IMG/VR virus record: IMGVR_UViG_3300046559_001153 | Location: 124,001-188,000 of that record | Strand: one strand, 5' to 3' | DNA: 64,000 bases | Part shown: in pieces, positions 46,679-55,700 of the stretch | How positions within the stretch are numbered: position 1 is the stretch's first letter | Layout: each line of letters begins with the position of its first letter | Notes under the pieces: model-generated | Seen by the model: the letters and a program-made list of their open reading frames with translations, nothing else | Databases searched by the model: none | Told to the model about the DNA's origin: nothing | Position numbers and translations under genes: made by a program

Positions 46679-46814
46679 CGTAAGTCCGAAGCCTGCCGTG
46701 AATTACAGCCAGCCCCGAAAATTCCTCCCGATTATTTGGAATTTCGTCTATGGGATCAGCCCTTGATATGGTCTATTTGCTGGGTGGCTGACAACCTAGA
46801 AGGGCTGGTATGCG

Positions 46815-47312
46815 ATGACTGACGCCGAATATCTAGTACAGGCGTATCTTCTGGCTCGCGATCAATCACCTGACCCCCGCACGCAAAACGCAGCGCTGCT
46901 GGTTGAACCTGGCGGCGATGTGGTTTGCCAAGCTGTGAACAAATTTCCCCCCGGAGTCGTCGTATCGGCTGACAGGTGGGAACGCCCACTCAAGTATGAG
47001 TACGTCGAGTGCGCGGAACGCAACTCGATTTATGAGTGCGCGAGACTGGGGATTAAGACCAGTGACCTGGTGATGTACGCGGCCTGGGCCTCGTGCGCTA
47101 ATTGTGCCCGAGCGATCATCCAGGCCGGCATCAAACTGCTGGTGACCCACCGACCGGCTGACGCTGACAACGGTACGTGGGGTGACATCATCGCGAGAGC
47201 TGATGGCATGATGCGTGAGGCGGGGGTTGAACTTCGCTTCGTTACTGAAAGATTGTTTACTCATGATGACGAATTTTTTGTTCGTCGAAACGGAAAGGCA
47301 ATGAAGCCGTGA
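46815..47312 (+). CDS. dCMP deaminase-like zinc deaminase
   Basis: SPDPRTQ.AA, CAERNSI (CAE in place of HAE), SCANCARAIIQAGIK. Confidence 0.85.
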   Translation: MTDAEYLVQAYLLARDQSPDPRTQNAALLVEPGGDVVCQAVNKFPPGVVVSADRWERPLKYEYVECAERNSIYECARLGIKTSDLVMYAAWASCANCARAIIQAGIKLLVTHRPADADNGTWGDIIARADGMMREAGVELRFVTERLFTHDDEFFVRRNGKAMKP

Positions 47313-47686
47313 CGTCAAAGAGAATGAAGTTCAAAACGGGTGCAGTGCGGAGTTCAGATGCGGCGGGAGTGAGATACGATCTGGTTTCACCGATTGGCCT
47401 ACGACGACTGGCCGAGACATACGCAGAGGGAGCAGAGAAATATGGTGTGGGTAACTGGCTGAAAGGATTTCCGGCCAGCGACCTGCTGAATCACCTGATG
47501 AAGCATATCGATCAGTGGCGATCGGGGGACAAGACTGAAGACCACTTGGCGCATGCGACTTGGGGTTTGTTCACTCTGATGCATTTCGAAGAAACCCGAC
47601 CGGATCTGTTCGATTTACAGAAGTGGATTCCAGAACAGAAAAGGACGAAACGAAAAAGAACAAAACGACCGGCGAAGAAAGTTTAG
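47309..47686 (+). CDS. dATP/dGTP diphosphohydrolase-domain protein (DUF5664-like)
   Basis: F.TGAVR...RYDLVSP..L.RLA..Y..GA.KYG..NW.KG...H...DHLAHA.W. Confidence 0.85.
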   Translation: MTSKRMKFKTGAVRSSDAAGVRYDLVSPIGLRRLAETYAEGAEKYGVGNWLKGFPASDLLNHLMKHIDQWRSGDKTEDHLAHATWGLFTLMHFEETRPDLFDLQKWIPEQKRTKRKRTKRPAKKV

Positions 47687-47946
47687 ATGTCAGAAGTTTA
47701 AGTACGTTTTTCTTACATGGACCAGGAAGGCAAAAATGCCACGCAAGCTCAAGGACGAACTGCGAAGACTCCCGGTTAAATCGCAATCACGGAAGGGTAA
47801 ACGATCGTCGGAGGATGCCGACAAGTCTCTCCAAGTTCTAACTGCCGGCCCCCTGACCGACGGTTCAATCGATGACGGTGATGACGATCAGGCTGGAGAA
47901 GCTGACGGAATTTCAACAGTCGAAACCTAACCCGAGGGAACGGTAA

Positions 47947-48813
47947 ATGCCAAAAAAGCGAGCCAGTAAGAAACAACCGATTAACAATCTGGTCGTCATC
48001 AGCGACACGCACTGCGGGTGTGGGCTGGCGATCATGCCAGGCCCGGTCAAACTTGACCAGGCAAATGTTGTCCATCCATCACCACTGCAGAAGATCATCA
48101 AAGGCCACTGGGACGAGTTCTGGGGCCAGCACGTGCCCGACGCGACTCATGGCGAACCGTACGCCGTTGTTCACAACGGCGATTGCATTGACGGTGTCCA
48201 TCACAACTCGACGACGCAGATCACGCACAATCTGGCCACACAGGCTCAGATGGCAATTGATCTGATGAGACCGATCGTCGATGGCTGTGATGGGCGTTAC
48301 TACCACATCCGCGGGACTGAGGCCCATGTGGGGAAGTCTGCGGAGAAGGAAGAAGAAGTGGCCAAGGCGTTGGGGGCAATTCCCAACGAGGACGGCCTGT
48401 TCGCTCGATACGACCTGTGGACGATGGTCGGCACCGGGCTGGTTCACCTGTTGCACCACATTGGGACGACAGGTAGTCAGGCGTACGAGTCGACGGCCAT
48501 CCACAAGGAGCTTGTCGAGTCGTTCACTGAGGCTGGACGATGGGGACGACGCCCACCAGACATCATCGTTCGCAGCCACCGTCATCGAGCAATCGAGACG
48601 AACATTCCCACGCACAACGGCAAAGCTCGTGCTGTTGTGACTGCCTGTTGGCAGGGCAAGACGCCGTTCGTGTGGAAAATTCCTGGCGGCCGAATCAGTA
48701 CCCCTCAGTTTGGCGGGCTCGTGATCCGGTACGCGAGAGATTCGAACGTGCTGTTCATTCGTGAACGCATCTGGTCCATTGCCCCATCTGCCACGGAGAT
48801 CATTGAACTATGA
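47947..48813 (+). CDS. Calcineurin-like metallophosphoesterase
   Basis: ISDTHCG, HNGDCIDG, RGTEAH, HH, RSHRH. Confidence 0.85.
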   Translation: MPKKRASKKQPINNLVVISDTHCGCGLAIMPGPVKLDQANVVHPSPLQKIIKGHWDEFWGQHVPDATHGEPYAVVHNGDCIDGVHHNSTTQITHNLATQAQMAIDLMRPIVDGCDGRYYHIRGTEAHVGKSAEKEEEVAKALGAIPNEDGLFARYDLWTMVGTGLVHLLHHIGTTGSQAYESTAIHKELVESFTEAGRWGRRPPDIIVRSHRHRAIETNIPTHNGKARAVVTACWQGKTPFVWKIPGGRISTPQFGGLVIRYARDSNVLFIRERIWSIAPSATEIIEL

Positions 48814-49115
48814 CGACAAACAGCGAAATCACTTTAGACCAACTGGTCAGCGAGATGAATCGCCTGACCGCATCAAAGAAAGACAACGACGGAGGTTTTA
48901 CTTCGAAGGAGCTTCGAATCAGTTCAGGTTACAGCCTGCGTAAAGCGAACGCGGTGCTCCGACAGATTATCGAGAGCGGGTTGGTCACTGTCAGACGAAG
49001 TCCGCGAAAAAACATTGTCGGGGAGGACTCCATGGTTCCTGTGTATTTCCCCACAGAAAAGCTTATCAGACTGAGTAAAAAGAAGGTGCAGAAGAAACAA
49101 AAACAAGCTAAATAA
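48810..49115 (+). CDS. Small basic, possibly winged-helix protein
   Basis: ATGA-coupled to the phosphoesterase; FTSKELRISSGYSLRKANAVLRQII. Confidence 0.6.
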   Translation: MTTNSEITLDQLVSEMNRLTASKKDNDGGFTSKELRISSGYSLRKANAVLRQIIESGLVTVRRSPRKNIVGEDSMVPVYFPTEKLIRLSKKKVQKKQKQAK

Positions 49116-49142
49116 CCAGCGTTTTCAAGGCATAAACCTTGT

Positions 49143-49176
49143 ATGGGCGGCACTTCGGTGTCGCCCATTTTCTTTT
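49143..49176 (+). terminator. Rho-independent terminator (UUCG loop)
   Basis: ATGGGCGGCAC-TTCG-GTGTCGCCCAT followed by TTTCTTTT. Confidence 0.85.
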
Positions 49177-49200
49177 GTATCCCGCTAAAAGGACACACAC

Positions 49201-49677
49201 ATGCCCCTATTCAGAATGACGTACGCCGACCAATTCAAACGGCGCCCGGATGGTGAAGTCGTGAACGAGCGACGGCCGCACATTATCCCAACAAGTCCCG
49301 AAGCGGCTGATTTTCTCGTGAGAGCTCGAACAGACAACAGATGTTTTCGGTCGTTGATCGGCCCCATGTCGCTGGGCGGCCTGGGAGAAGCTAATGTCGG
49401 TGGGGTGTGGGTTCCCTCACTTCGGTATTTGCCGGTCGAGGCCCAGGAGCCCAACTTCGAGATCAATCTGGTCGAGATGACGGTTAAGCTCGAGCGACGC
49501 ATGGACCAGTACGAACGAACGAGGCTGGTCACACTCGAGTTGGAAACGGATCTTGACCCGGACACGCTGTTCGATCGCGTCAACTGTTTGAATACTGCAA
49601 CGCTCTATTCGAAATCGGGTCAGTTGCTCGGTGAAGTCTTACGTGTGAAAGACGATCCGCTTGAGGTGTCAGCATGA
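49201..49677 (+). CDS. Hypothetical protein
   Basis: 158 aa with an AAAAGGA RBS. Confidence 0.65.
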   Translation: MPLFRMTYADQFKRRPDGEVVNERRPHIIPTSPEAADFLVRARTDNRCFRSLIGPMSLGGLGEANVGGVWVPSLRYLPVEAQEPNFEINLVEMTVKLERRMDQYERTRLVTLELETDLDPDTLFDRVNCLNTATLYSKSGQLLGEVLRVKDDPLEVSA

Positions 49678-50069
49678 CCGGCGCAAAGGCCAGACTATTG
49701 GCGACATGGCACGAGGCTCAGGCCAAAATGTTACGTGATATGGCTGTTGTTCTTGACCAGCATGAACCGGCAATCGCTGTGCCTCGGGTTATGAGCGATT
49801 TTTCTGGTCTAAACAAAATGACACGAACCAAGGTCGAGAAATTGGAGAAGTCGATCGAAGAATTGTGCGAAATGAGCATACCGGATTTGTTAATGATCCG
49901 AGGTTTCGGATTCTGGACAGTCGAATATATCCGCCGGTTTCTCAAAGACCTCGGTTTGTCGCTCCGAGGCGACCCTGGCGGTTACATTGATCCAGAGGCA
50001 TACTCACGATTGCGCGGTGAGGCGATAGCCGTCAGAGACTACCAGAAGAAATTGGCTGGCCCGGAATAA
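49674..50069 (+). CDS. RNA polymerase alpha C-terminal-domain (HhH)-like protein
   Basis: SIEELCEMSIPDLLMIRGFGFWTVEYIRRFLKDLGLSL resembles the alpha-CTD segment ELLKxxNLGKKSLxEIKxxLxxxGLSL. Confidence 0.6.
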   Translation: MTGAKARLLATWHEAQAKMLRDMAVVLDQHEPAIAVPRVMSDFSGLNKMTRTKVEKLEKSIEELCEMSIPDLLMIRGFGFWTVEYIRRFLKDLGLSLRGDPGGYIDPEAYSRLRGEAIAVRDYQKKLAGPE

Positions 50070-50112
50070 TCCGGGCCATTTTCGTTCCTGTAACTAATTG
50101 AAAGGATTTCAA

Positions 50113-50316
50113 ATGGTTTCCAGTGATCGTCTCCGTCCGAGCTTGGCCAAACGACTCCATCGCCTGGACGACGAAGAAGACAAGATTTCGCGACAGACAC
50201 TGACAGCTCAAAATTTGCGGCGTCTGTGCCGCATCCGTTTGTGTCGGGAACGCGTGATTGAGTATCTCGATGCATTCGACATGATGCGAATCAACGCAGT
50301 CTACAGCCCGGTCTAA
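50113..50316 (+). CDS. Hypothetical protein
   Basis: GAAAGGA RBS before ATG 50113. Confidence 0.5.
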   Translation: MVSSDRLRPSLAKRLHRLDDEEDKISRQTLTAQNLRRLCRIRLCRERVIEYLDAFDMMRINAVYSPV

Positions 50317-50356
50317 CCGGGCTGCTTCATCCCCCCCCCGCTTAAAAGGTGTAAAG

Positions 50357-50599
50357 ATGACCAAACAAATTGATTTGACTGACGGATGGGCTCGGGAAGA
50401 TCAACGGTTTCGCGATCTGGCTTTGGGGCGATCGAAATTACGATCGATTATGGACATACCGGCAGCGTCGCCGAAATCGCCATGTTTTGACATACGTCGC
50501 AGAACAGTTTTAGCGATTCGTCATGGTCTGGTTGTGATGCTCCACGCTGACCTTGTCGACGACAAATACGACGGGAGTAGCCATGAAGAAACCGACTAA
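50357..50599 (+). CDS. Hypothetical protein
   Basis: 80 aa with an AAAGG RBS. Confidence 0.5.
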   Translation: MTKQIDLTDGWAREDQRFRDLALGRSKLRSIMDIPAASPKSPCFDIRRRTVLAIRHGLVVMLHADLVDDKYDGSSHEETD

Positions 50600-51026
50600 T
50601 CGTTTTGCCCATACAGTGGCGAGGCTGGCAATAGCCGCGTTGTCTGAAATGGCAAAGCGGCTAGACAGCGAGGCCCAGCAGATGCTGCAAGACAAAGTTT
50701 TTGACGAGTCTCGCATCATTCGAATACTTTATCAGTCCACCGGGGTGAGCCTGGGTCATGAGCAGCTGCACTCGGATTCGGCAAATGATGCCGACGACGA
50801 GATGCTAGCCGATCTGGACGCGACGGTGATGCTTTGCCAGACGTCCTGCCGACTGTTAGCGAAATCAGCTCTGCAGGACAGTTCAGACCCGAAAGCCCAC
50901 GTTCAACGGGTAACTGAACGGGTTGCCAATCTGCTCATGGCCGATCCGATTATGGGTCCTTTGGCGATGAAGAGGGCTAAGCTCGATCTCAGAGCTCGTC
51001 AGCCCGAACCTGGAACAACAGGCTGA
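50583..51026 (+). CDS. Hypothetical protein
   Basis: GGGAG RBS before ATG 50583. Confidence 0.6.
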   Translation: MKKPTNRFAHTVARLAIAALSEMAKRLDSEAQQMLQDKVFDESRIIRILYQSTGVSLGHEQLHSDSANDADDEMLADLDATVMLCQTSCRLLAKSALQDSSDPKAHVQRVTERVANLLMADPIMGPLAMKRAKLDLRARQPEPGTTG

Positions 51027-51036
51027 CGGATGTAGC

Positions 51037-51070
51037 GGCTGGTAGGGAATTTCCCTATCAGCCTTTTTTT
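51037..51070 (+). terminator. Rho-independent terminator
   Basis: GGCTGGTAGGG/CCCTATCAGCC stem followed by T7. Confidence 0.85.
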
Positions 51071-51089
51071 AGCTATCAGCCTGACCATC

Positions 51090-51119
51090 TTGCTCCCCTT
51101 GACCTTGTCAGCGTATACT
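51090..51119 (+). promoter_or_regulatory. Sigma70-like promoter TTGCTC-N18-TATACT
   Basis: Follows the terminator and precedes ATG 51133. Confidence 0.4.
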
Positions 51120-51132
51120 GAGGACTACAAGC

Positions 51133-51333
51133 ATGACTCCTGACCTGCTGCAACTCGAATCATCCTCGTACGGCGATCTGCTAGGCCAGATCCGCTATTG
51201 GAAAAACCACGGGTATGACCTGGTCTCAGGCACTTTCAGGTATCATCGAAAGTACGTAGTTTTGATGCAGAAACGAGTCGACCACAAACCGGCCAGACTC
51301 GTCGTAAGCATCGGTCGTCCGACATTCAAATAA
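51133..51333 (+). CDS. Small hypothetical protein
   Basis: 66 aa with a GAGGA RBS. Confidence 0.55.
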   Translation: MTPDLLQLESSSYGDLLGQIRYWKNHGYDLVSGTFRYHRKYVVLMQKRVDHKPARLVVSIGRPTFK

Positions 51334-51354
51334 CCAATCGCAAGGAGGCGAAAC

Positions 51355-51681
51355 ATGTCTGCTTCTGTTTCATTGACTGATCTTCAGCAAGTTGCCGGTG
51401 CCGTGGGCGCTGTGAACGCCGCGGGCCACGCAGTTCCACTGACCGTTGTTCCTGTCTGGGCCGGTGCCGACCCAGCGGTCGTCAAGCTGATTCCGTCGGC
51501 TGACGGTCTGTCGTGCGAAGTTGTCGCAGTCGCCGTTGGCTCGACAGCCTTTACCGTCACAGCCACGTTGGCTGACGGTACGGTCATCACCGCTCCGTCC
51601 GTCCCGGTGACCGTTTCGGCCTCGGTAGCCGTCGGTCTGGTTGTGACCATTGGCACCCCGGAACTCATTCCGGCCAGCTAA
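51355..51681 (+). CDS. Ig-like domain protein (possible virion decoration)
   Basis: Val/Thr/Ala-rich beta-strand pattern VVKLIPSADGLSCEVVAVAVGSTAFTVTA; AAGGAGG RBS. Confidence 0.65.
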   Translation: MSASVSLTDLQQVAGAVGAVNAAGHAVPLTVVPVWAGADPAVVKLIPSADGLSCEVVAVAVGSTAFTVTATLADGTVITAPSVPVTVSASVAVGLVVTIGTPELIPAS

Positions 51682-51717
51682 TTCCTTTTTTGATTCAGTC
51701 CATTGGAGCCACTGGCT

Positions 51718-52455
51718 ATGTCCATCTTGAATCTTGCTGCGCTGCGAATGGCAAAAACGGCTGTTGCAAGCGCAAAGGTCGCGTTTACTCCAATGGATCC
51801 GTCACAGATGGCTGGCCAGCAAGGTGGCCAGCCCGGCGGTGACCCAGGTGCCGCACAGGGCGGCCCTGTCGATCCGTCACAGATCTCCGGGATCGGCTCG
51901 CAGTCTGGCTCGTCTGGTTCCGGCGGTGGCGCCGTAGACCAGGAAATGATTCGAAATGTCCTGCGACAAGAGTTACAGCAGATTCTGCCCCAAATGGGCG
52001 GTGGTGGCGGGGGTGCCGGTGGTGGCATGGGCCCCGGAGGCAAACCAATGAAGCTCGACGTTGGTGTTGAGCTTCACCGTTTGAACGTCATGCTGGCCAA
52101 GATCATCGACGCACTGGGTCTTCAAATCCCGGCGTCTGACATGGTCACGACCGAGGAACAGGGACAGCAACCCAGTGCACAGAATGCTGGCATGACGGGA
52201 GCTCCACAGCCCCCGGCCAGCTCGATATCGCCGATTCAGCCGATGCAGCCGGCCGGCCCCGGGCAACAGCAGCAGCATCAGCAGCATCAGCACCAGGCGA
52301 CCGACAAGGCGTCCCTGGCGGACGAGACGGCCCGCAAATTCATGGACCAGGGTGAGTGCAACTCGGAAGAAAGCATTCTCCCACTCTCGACGTCGGCCGC
52401 CGCGGCCAGCCTTATCATGCGTCACCTGCCCGCCATACAGGACCAGATTGCCTGA
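51718..52455 (+). CDS. Gly/Gln/Pro-rich putative virion or scaffold-like protein
   Basis: AKTAVAS, AKVAF and DKASL motifs; low-complexity linkers. Confidence 0.7.
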   Translation: MSILNLAALRMAKTAVASAKVAFTPMDPSQMAGQQGGQPGGDPGAAQGGPVDPSQISGIGSQSGSSGSGGGAVDQEMIRNVLRQELQQILPQMGGGGGGAGGGMGPGGKPMKLDVGVELHRLNVMLAKIIDALGLQIPASDMVTTEEQGQQPSAQNAGMTGAPQPPASSISPIQPMQPAGPGQQQQHQQHQHQATDKASLADETARKFMDQGECNSEESILPLSTSAAAASLIMRHLPAIQDQIA

Positions 52456-52694
52456 TGTACATCGAAGCCATCGAACGATTCGGTAAGCCGCCCGTGCGGT
52501 TGGAAGTCAGTCAGGTCGTCATTTACCGAGACGACGGAACCCCCATCTCGCTGGCCAGTTTGTACGGCCCCGATGGGGCCATTTTCGTTGAAACGGCCGA
52601 GGATCCGGAAAAATTCAACAAGGCCCTGCAGACACTGGGGATCGATAAAACAGTCATCGTCGACAACCTGGTCATGTCCGAACCAACCCAATAA
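52455..52694 (+). CDS. Small hypothetical protein
   Basis: TGATG-coupled; MYIEAIERFGKPPVRLEVSQVVIY. Confidence 0.65.
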   Translation: MYIEAIERFGKPPVRLEVSQVVIYRDDGTPISLASLYGPDGAIFVETAEDPEKFNKALQTLGIDKTVIVDNLVMSEPTQ

Positions 52695-52709
52695 CTTTTT
52701 ACAAAGTTA
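52692..52709. promoter_or_regulatory. Palindromic motif, copy 5
   Basis: TAACTTTTTACAAAGTTA (identical to copy 1), 22 nt before ATG 52732. Confidence 0.8.
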
Positions 52710-52731
52710 CAGAGACCAGCAGGTAGGCAAG

Positions 52732-55700
52732 ATGCCCGCGACCTTCATAGGGAAAATGGGTCAGCTGCTGGTCAACGAGGCTCTGCCCGAAGATCTGCGT
52801 AACGGTAAGACCCTGGATTCAAGGGGCTTGACCGACCTGCTGCGGGATGTGGCTGAACGTCACCCCGACAAGTACCGGGACATCTCACACAAGTTGACCC
52901 AGCTGGGTGAAGACGCAGCTCAGCAACTCGGCGGCTATTCGTTCGGGCTCAATGCCATGCGACGGGCCGGGTCAGCCAATGTCATTCGCGATCGCATCAA
53001 AAGCCAGGTTCAGTCACTGCTCGACAATGACAACCTGTCAGATGATGCACGCGAGTCCCAGATCGTCAAACTCCTGGGTCAGGCCCAGTCAGAACAAGAG
53101 AACGCCGTCTACGACGAGAGTTTGAAAGAGAACAATCCGATCGCCTTGCAGATCAAGTCAGGCGCTCGCGGCAAGAAGATGGCTCTCAATTCTCTGCGTG
53201 GGTCCGATCTGCTGTATGTCGACCATCGCGACCGGCCAGTGCCCATCCCCGTCCTGCGGAGTTACCCTGAGGGCCTGTCGCCGGCCGAGTATTGGGCTGG
53301 GGCCTATGGTGCTCGTCACGGCATTGTCAGTGTGAAGCTGGGCACAGCCCAGTCAGGCTTCCTGGCGAAACAACTCAATCAAGCGACCCACCGGCTGATT
53401 GTGACGCATGAGGATGACGCTCCGGTCGATACGGTCCGAGGCCTGCCAGTCCCTGTCGACGATAACGACAATGTGGGGGCCTTGCTGGCCCATCCGGCTG
53501 GTGGTTTTGGGCGGAACACGGTTCTGACGCCCAAGGTTCTGAAGTCCCTGCATGATGGCGGCATTCAGAGAATTCTGGTACGCAGCCCGACTGTTGGCGG
53601 GGCACCTGATGGGGGTCTCTACTCACGCGATGTTGGCATTCGAGAAACTGGCGGTCTGCCGCCCAAAGGAACGTTCTCCGGTCTGCAGGCCGGTCAGGCG
53701 ATCTCTGAGCCGTTGTCGCAGGCCACCTTGTCCGCCAAGCACGCAGGGGGCGTTGCCGGAGCATCCAAATCAGTGTCAGGCTTTGCCTGGATCAACGCCC
53801 TGGTTCAGATCCCCAAGGTATTTCCTGGCGGGGCAACGCATTCAGAAGTAGACGGGCGTGTGCAGCAGATTACCAAGGCACCTGGCGGCGGTTTGCACGT
53901 GCAGGTGAACGGACTGGAGCATTACGTGCCGCACGGGCTGGCTTTGACAGTTGCCCCGGGCGACGCGGTTGAAGCTGGCGACGTGCTCAGTGAGGGCATT
54001 CCCAGCCCGGCCGAGATCGTCAAGCACAAGGGAATTGGTGAAGGTCGCCGGTACTTTGTGGATGCCATGCGTAAAGCATTGACCGACTCTGGTGTTCGAA
54101 ACAATCGCCGAAATCTCGAACTCATCAGTCGTGGTCTGATCAATCACGTCGAGCTCGACGCGGAGATCGGCGAACACGCGCCAGACGACGTTGTCCCATT
54201 CGACACGATCGAACGGGATTACGAGCCGAGAGAAGGCAGTCACACGCTGCCTGTCCACCAGGCAATCGGCCAGTATCTCGAGAAGCCCTACCTGCACCAC
54301 ACGATTGGTACGAAGGTCAAATCGAGCATGTTGCCGGACTTCAAGCATTTTGGAGTTGAATCGGTTCACGTGCACAAAGATCCGCCGCTATTCCATCCGC
54401 TCATGGTTCGCGGTATGTACAACTTGCAGCACGACCCGGACGCCATGACAAGGAATCTAGGTTCAGGGCTGCAGGCAAGCTTCCTGGACTCGGTCCACCG
54501 TGGCGGCGGCAGCGACGAAAAGGGTACCAGCTATGTTCCCGGCCTGGCCCGTACTGTGGATTTTGGCCGCATTGGCGTTATCCGGCCGACTGTGGTTACA
54601 CCGCAGAGATCGACTATGAAAATCGCAGCTGGCAGCCCGATTGCCCCGGCTCTCGACCCGAAACCGGCTCCCATCAAACCACTGGCGCCACCACAGCCTC
54701 AAATAAAACCGATTGCTCCTCCACCGTCGCCGGCTTTGCAGGCGAAGCCTCAATCTGTGCTGGGCGATAGTTCGATCAACGGGTTCGGTGACTTCTTCCA
54801 TCATGCCGGTAATCTGCTGCGTGGGCCCGGGTACGACGCCGGGATGGCACCGGCAACTGCCGGTTTCAAGAACACGATGACGCCGCAGCAGTTTGGCCAA
54901 CAGATGCGGACTGATCTTCCCGGTCTGCCTAATCCGGTTGCACCAGCCGCACAACCCGGAGTATGGGATCAAGCGAAAGCCATAGCGCCTGGCCTGGCTA
55001 CCAATCTCGGGGTTAATGTAGCTGGGCAGCAGATAGCAAAAAATACGTTGGTGCGAGCCGTTCCCAGATTAGGAGTAGGTGCCGCCTCAAAGCTCTTGCC
55101 TCTCGGTATCGGCGCCGCAGTTGCCGAGCCGATTGGGTGGCTCGGTAAAAAGACCGGAATTCCAGGCTTCGAAAACGATGCAGCATATGACACCAATGCG
55201 TATCGTCAAGAGGCCGAAGGTTTGCACTACGGGATGCCGGCCGGCTGGCGTCAGGACACCAATCGACCGTGGTATATTCGAATGGGAGACTGGTTGGCCA
55301 ATGACGCAGGAACAGCCGTAATGCAGCCTCAGACGGCCGTCATGAACGCGTTTGGCAAGTCGAGCGATGACGCCTTGGGAATTCCTTCTCGCGACGAGAT
55401 GGGAGACTTATCCAAGCTCGAAACGGGCAAGCTCTATGACCTGTTTACACAGCTCCATAACGCCACCAAAGCCGGTCCCCACACTGATCTGAGGATTGGC
55501 GATCCGGAGCAGGGGCTGCACTCTTGGGCCGTGCCGAAGGGTTTACCCGAGTCTGGGAAGAAGCATCTGGCTGTCCACCAGCCAATTCACGAGCATTCCT
55601 ACGGGGGCTGGTCGGGCACGATTCCCGAGGGCGAATACGGGGCCGGTACGGTCAAGAGTCAGATCAAGGGCAAGGCCCTGGTGACCGAGTCGGGTCCGGG

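Noticed and set aside
50331-50339. C9 homopolymer as a phase-variation site
   Set aside because: It is intergenic with no clear promoter spacing effect, and could be a sequencing artefact.
52573-52731. N-terminal extension of the 1436-aa ORF
   Set aside because: It overlaps gene 52455-52694 and the palindrome. ATG 52732 has an RBS and precedes the beta'-like sequence.
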